This document shows, in pieces, positions 58,370 through 58,819 of a stretch of DNA of 58,819 nt (the stretch's first letter is position 1; every line of letters begins with the position of its first letter). Source of the DNA: a virus (lineage: Duplodnaviria; Caudoviricetes); IMG/VR virus record IMGVR_UViG_3300037657_000011, positions 1 through 58,819 of that record; one strand, written 5' to 3'. The position numbers and the translations under genes were made by a program. Below the pieces are notes generated by a model. It worked only from the letters and a program-made list of their open reading frames with translations, had not been told where the DNA came from and did not search any database.

Positions 58370-58614
58370 CAAATCCTGACGACAAGCTGCGCGAGATTGT
58401 CTCGAAGCTGACAGACGGCGACCACGAACACTCAGCGAAGTTGCTGCTGGATATGGTGGACGCGCGGGAAGCGCCGGTGGTGGGTGACGAGGCAAGGGCG
58501 CTGCACGCTTGGGAGTTGATTGACAGGGTATTCCAAGGGCTAACTCCGCAGCAGCGTGATGAAGCGATTGTGAAGATGGAGGAGTGGCTTAAGGAACGCA
58601 AGCAGGCTGATTAG
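58366..58614 (+). CDS. Hypothetical protein
   Basis: ATGA-coupled ORF. Confidence 0.6.
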   Translation: MTNPDDKLREIVSKLTDGDHEHSAKLLLDMVDAREAPVVGDEARALHAWELIDRVFQGLTPQQRDEAIVKMEEWLKERKQAD

Positions 58615-58619
58615 TCACC

Positions 58620-58819
58620 ATGCAAAACACACTTTACTACGGCGACAACCTGCCGATATTGAGACAGTACATCCCCAGCGAGAGCGTTGACTTGGTGTAT
58701 CTGGACCCGCCGTTTAACTCGAACCGGTCGTATAACGTGCTGTTTCGGGAGGAGGGGGGCGATGAATCTGAGGCACAGATACAGGCGTTTGACGACACCT
58801 GGCACTGGAACACGCAGAC
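58620..58819 (+). CDS. 5' part of the DNA methyltransferase that continues at position 1
   Basis: MQNTLYYGDNLPILRQYIPSESVDLVYLDPPF. Confidence 0.9.
   Translation, partial: MQNTLYYGDNLPILRQYIPSESVDLVYLDPPFNSNRSYNVLFREEGGDESEAQIQAFDDTWHWNTQ

Overview
The window is almost certainly one complete, circular temperate dsDNA phage genome of 58,692 bp. Bases 1-127 are repeated exactly at 58693-58819, and a DNA methyltransferase gene reads across the join. Gene order around the circle: (1) immunity/accessory region with an XRE repressor, small membrane genes, a beta-class N6-MTase fused to an Mrr-like domain, a Panacea/DUF4065 antitoxin with a RelE-like partner, and an Arc/RHH regulator; (2) replication initiator with iterons and early genes; (3) lysis; (4) TerS and TerL; (5) an antisense methyltransferase moron flanked by a duplicated terL end; (6) portal; (7) a 5582-aa DarB/DdrB-like polyvalent protein; (8) scaffold, major capsid and short-tail genes (no tape measure, so podovirus-like); (9) a GT2-methyltransferase and a collagen-like fibre; (10) a leftward operon ending in a large serine integrase. 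The most unusual signals are four. A probable attP lies inside the integrase 3' end; it mimics a tRNA-Leu 3' end and would swap off an ssrA-like '...AIAALYAA' tail on integration. Two plausible +1-frame genes are overprinted inside the giant protein. A '-10 box, ~30 nt, terminator' cassette recurs ahead of three late operons. Near-identical divergent promoters bracket the immunity region. The host is unknown; Chloroflexota is a weak guess from protein families. All family calls come from reading motifs by eye, not from database searches.
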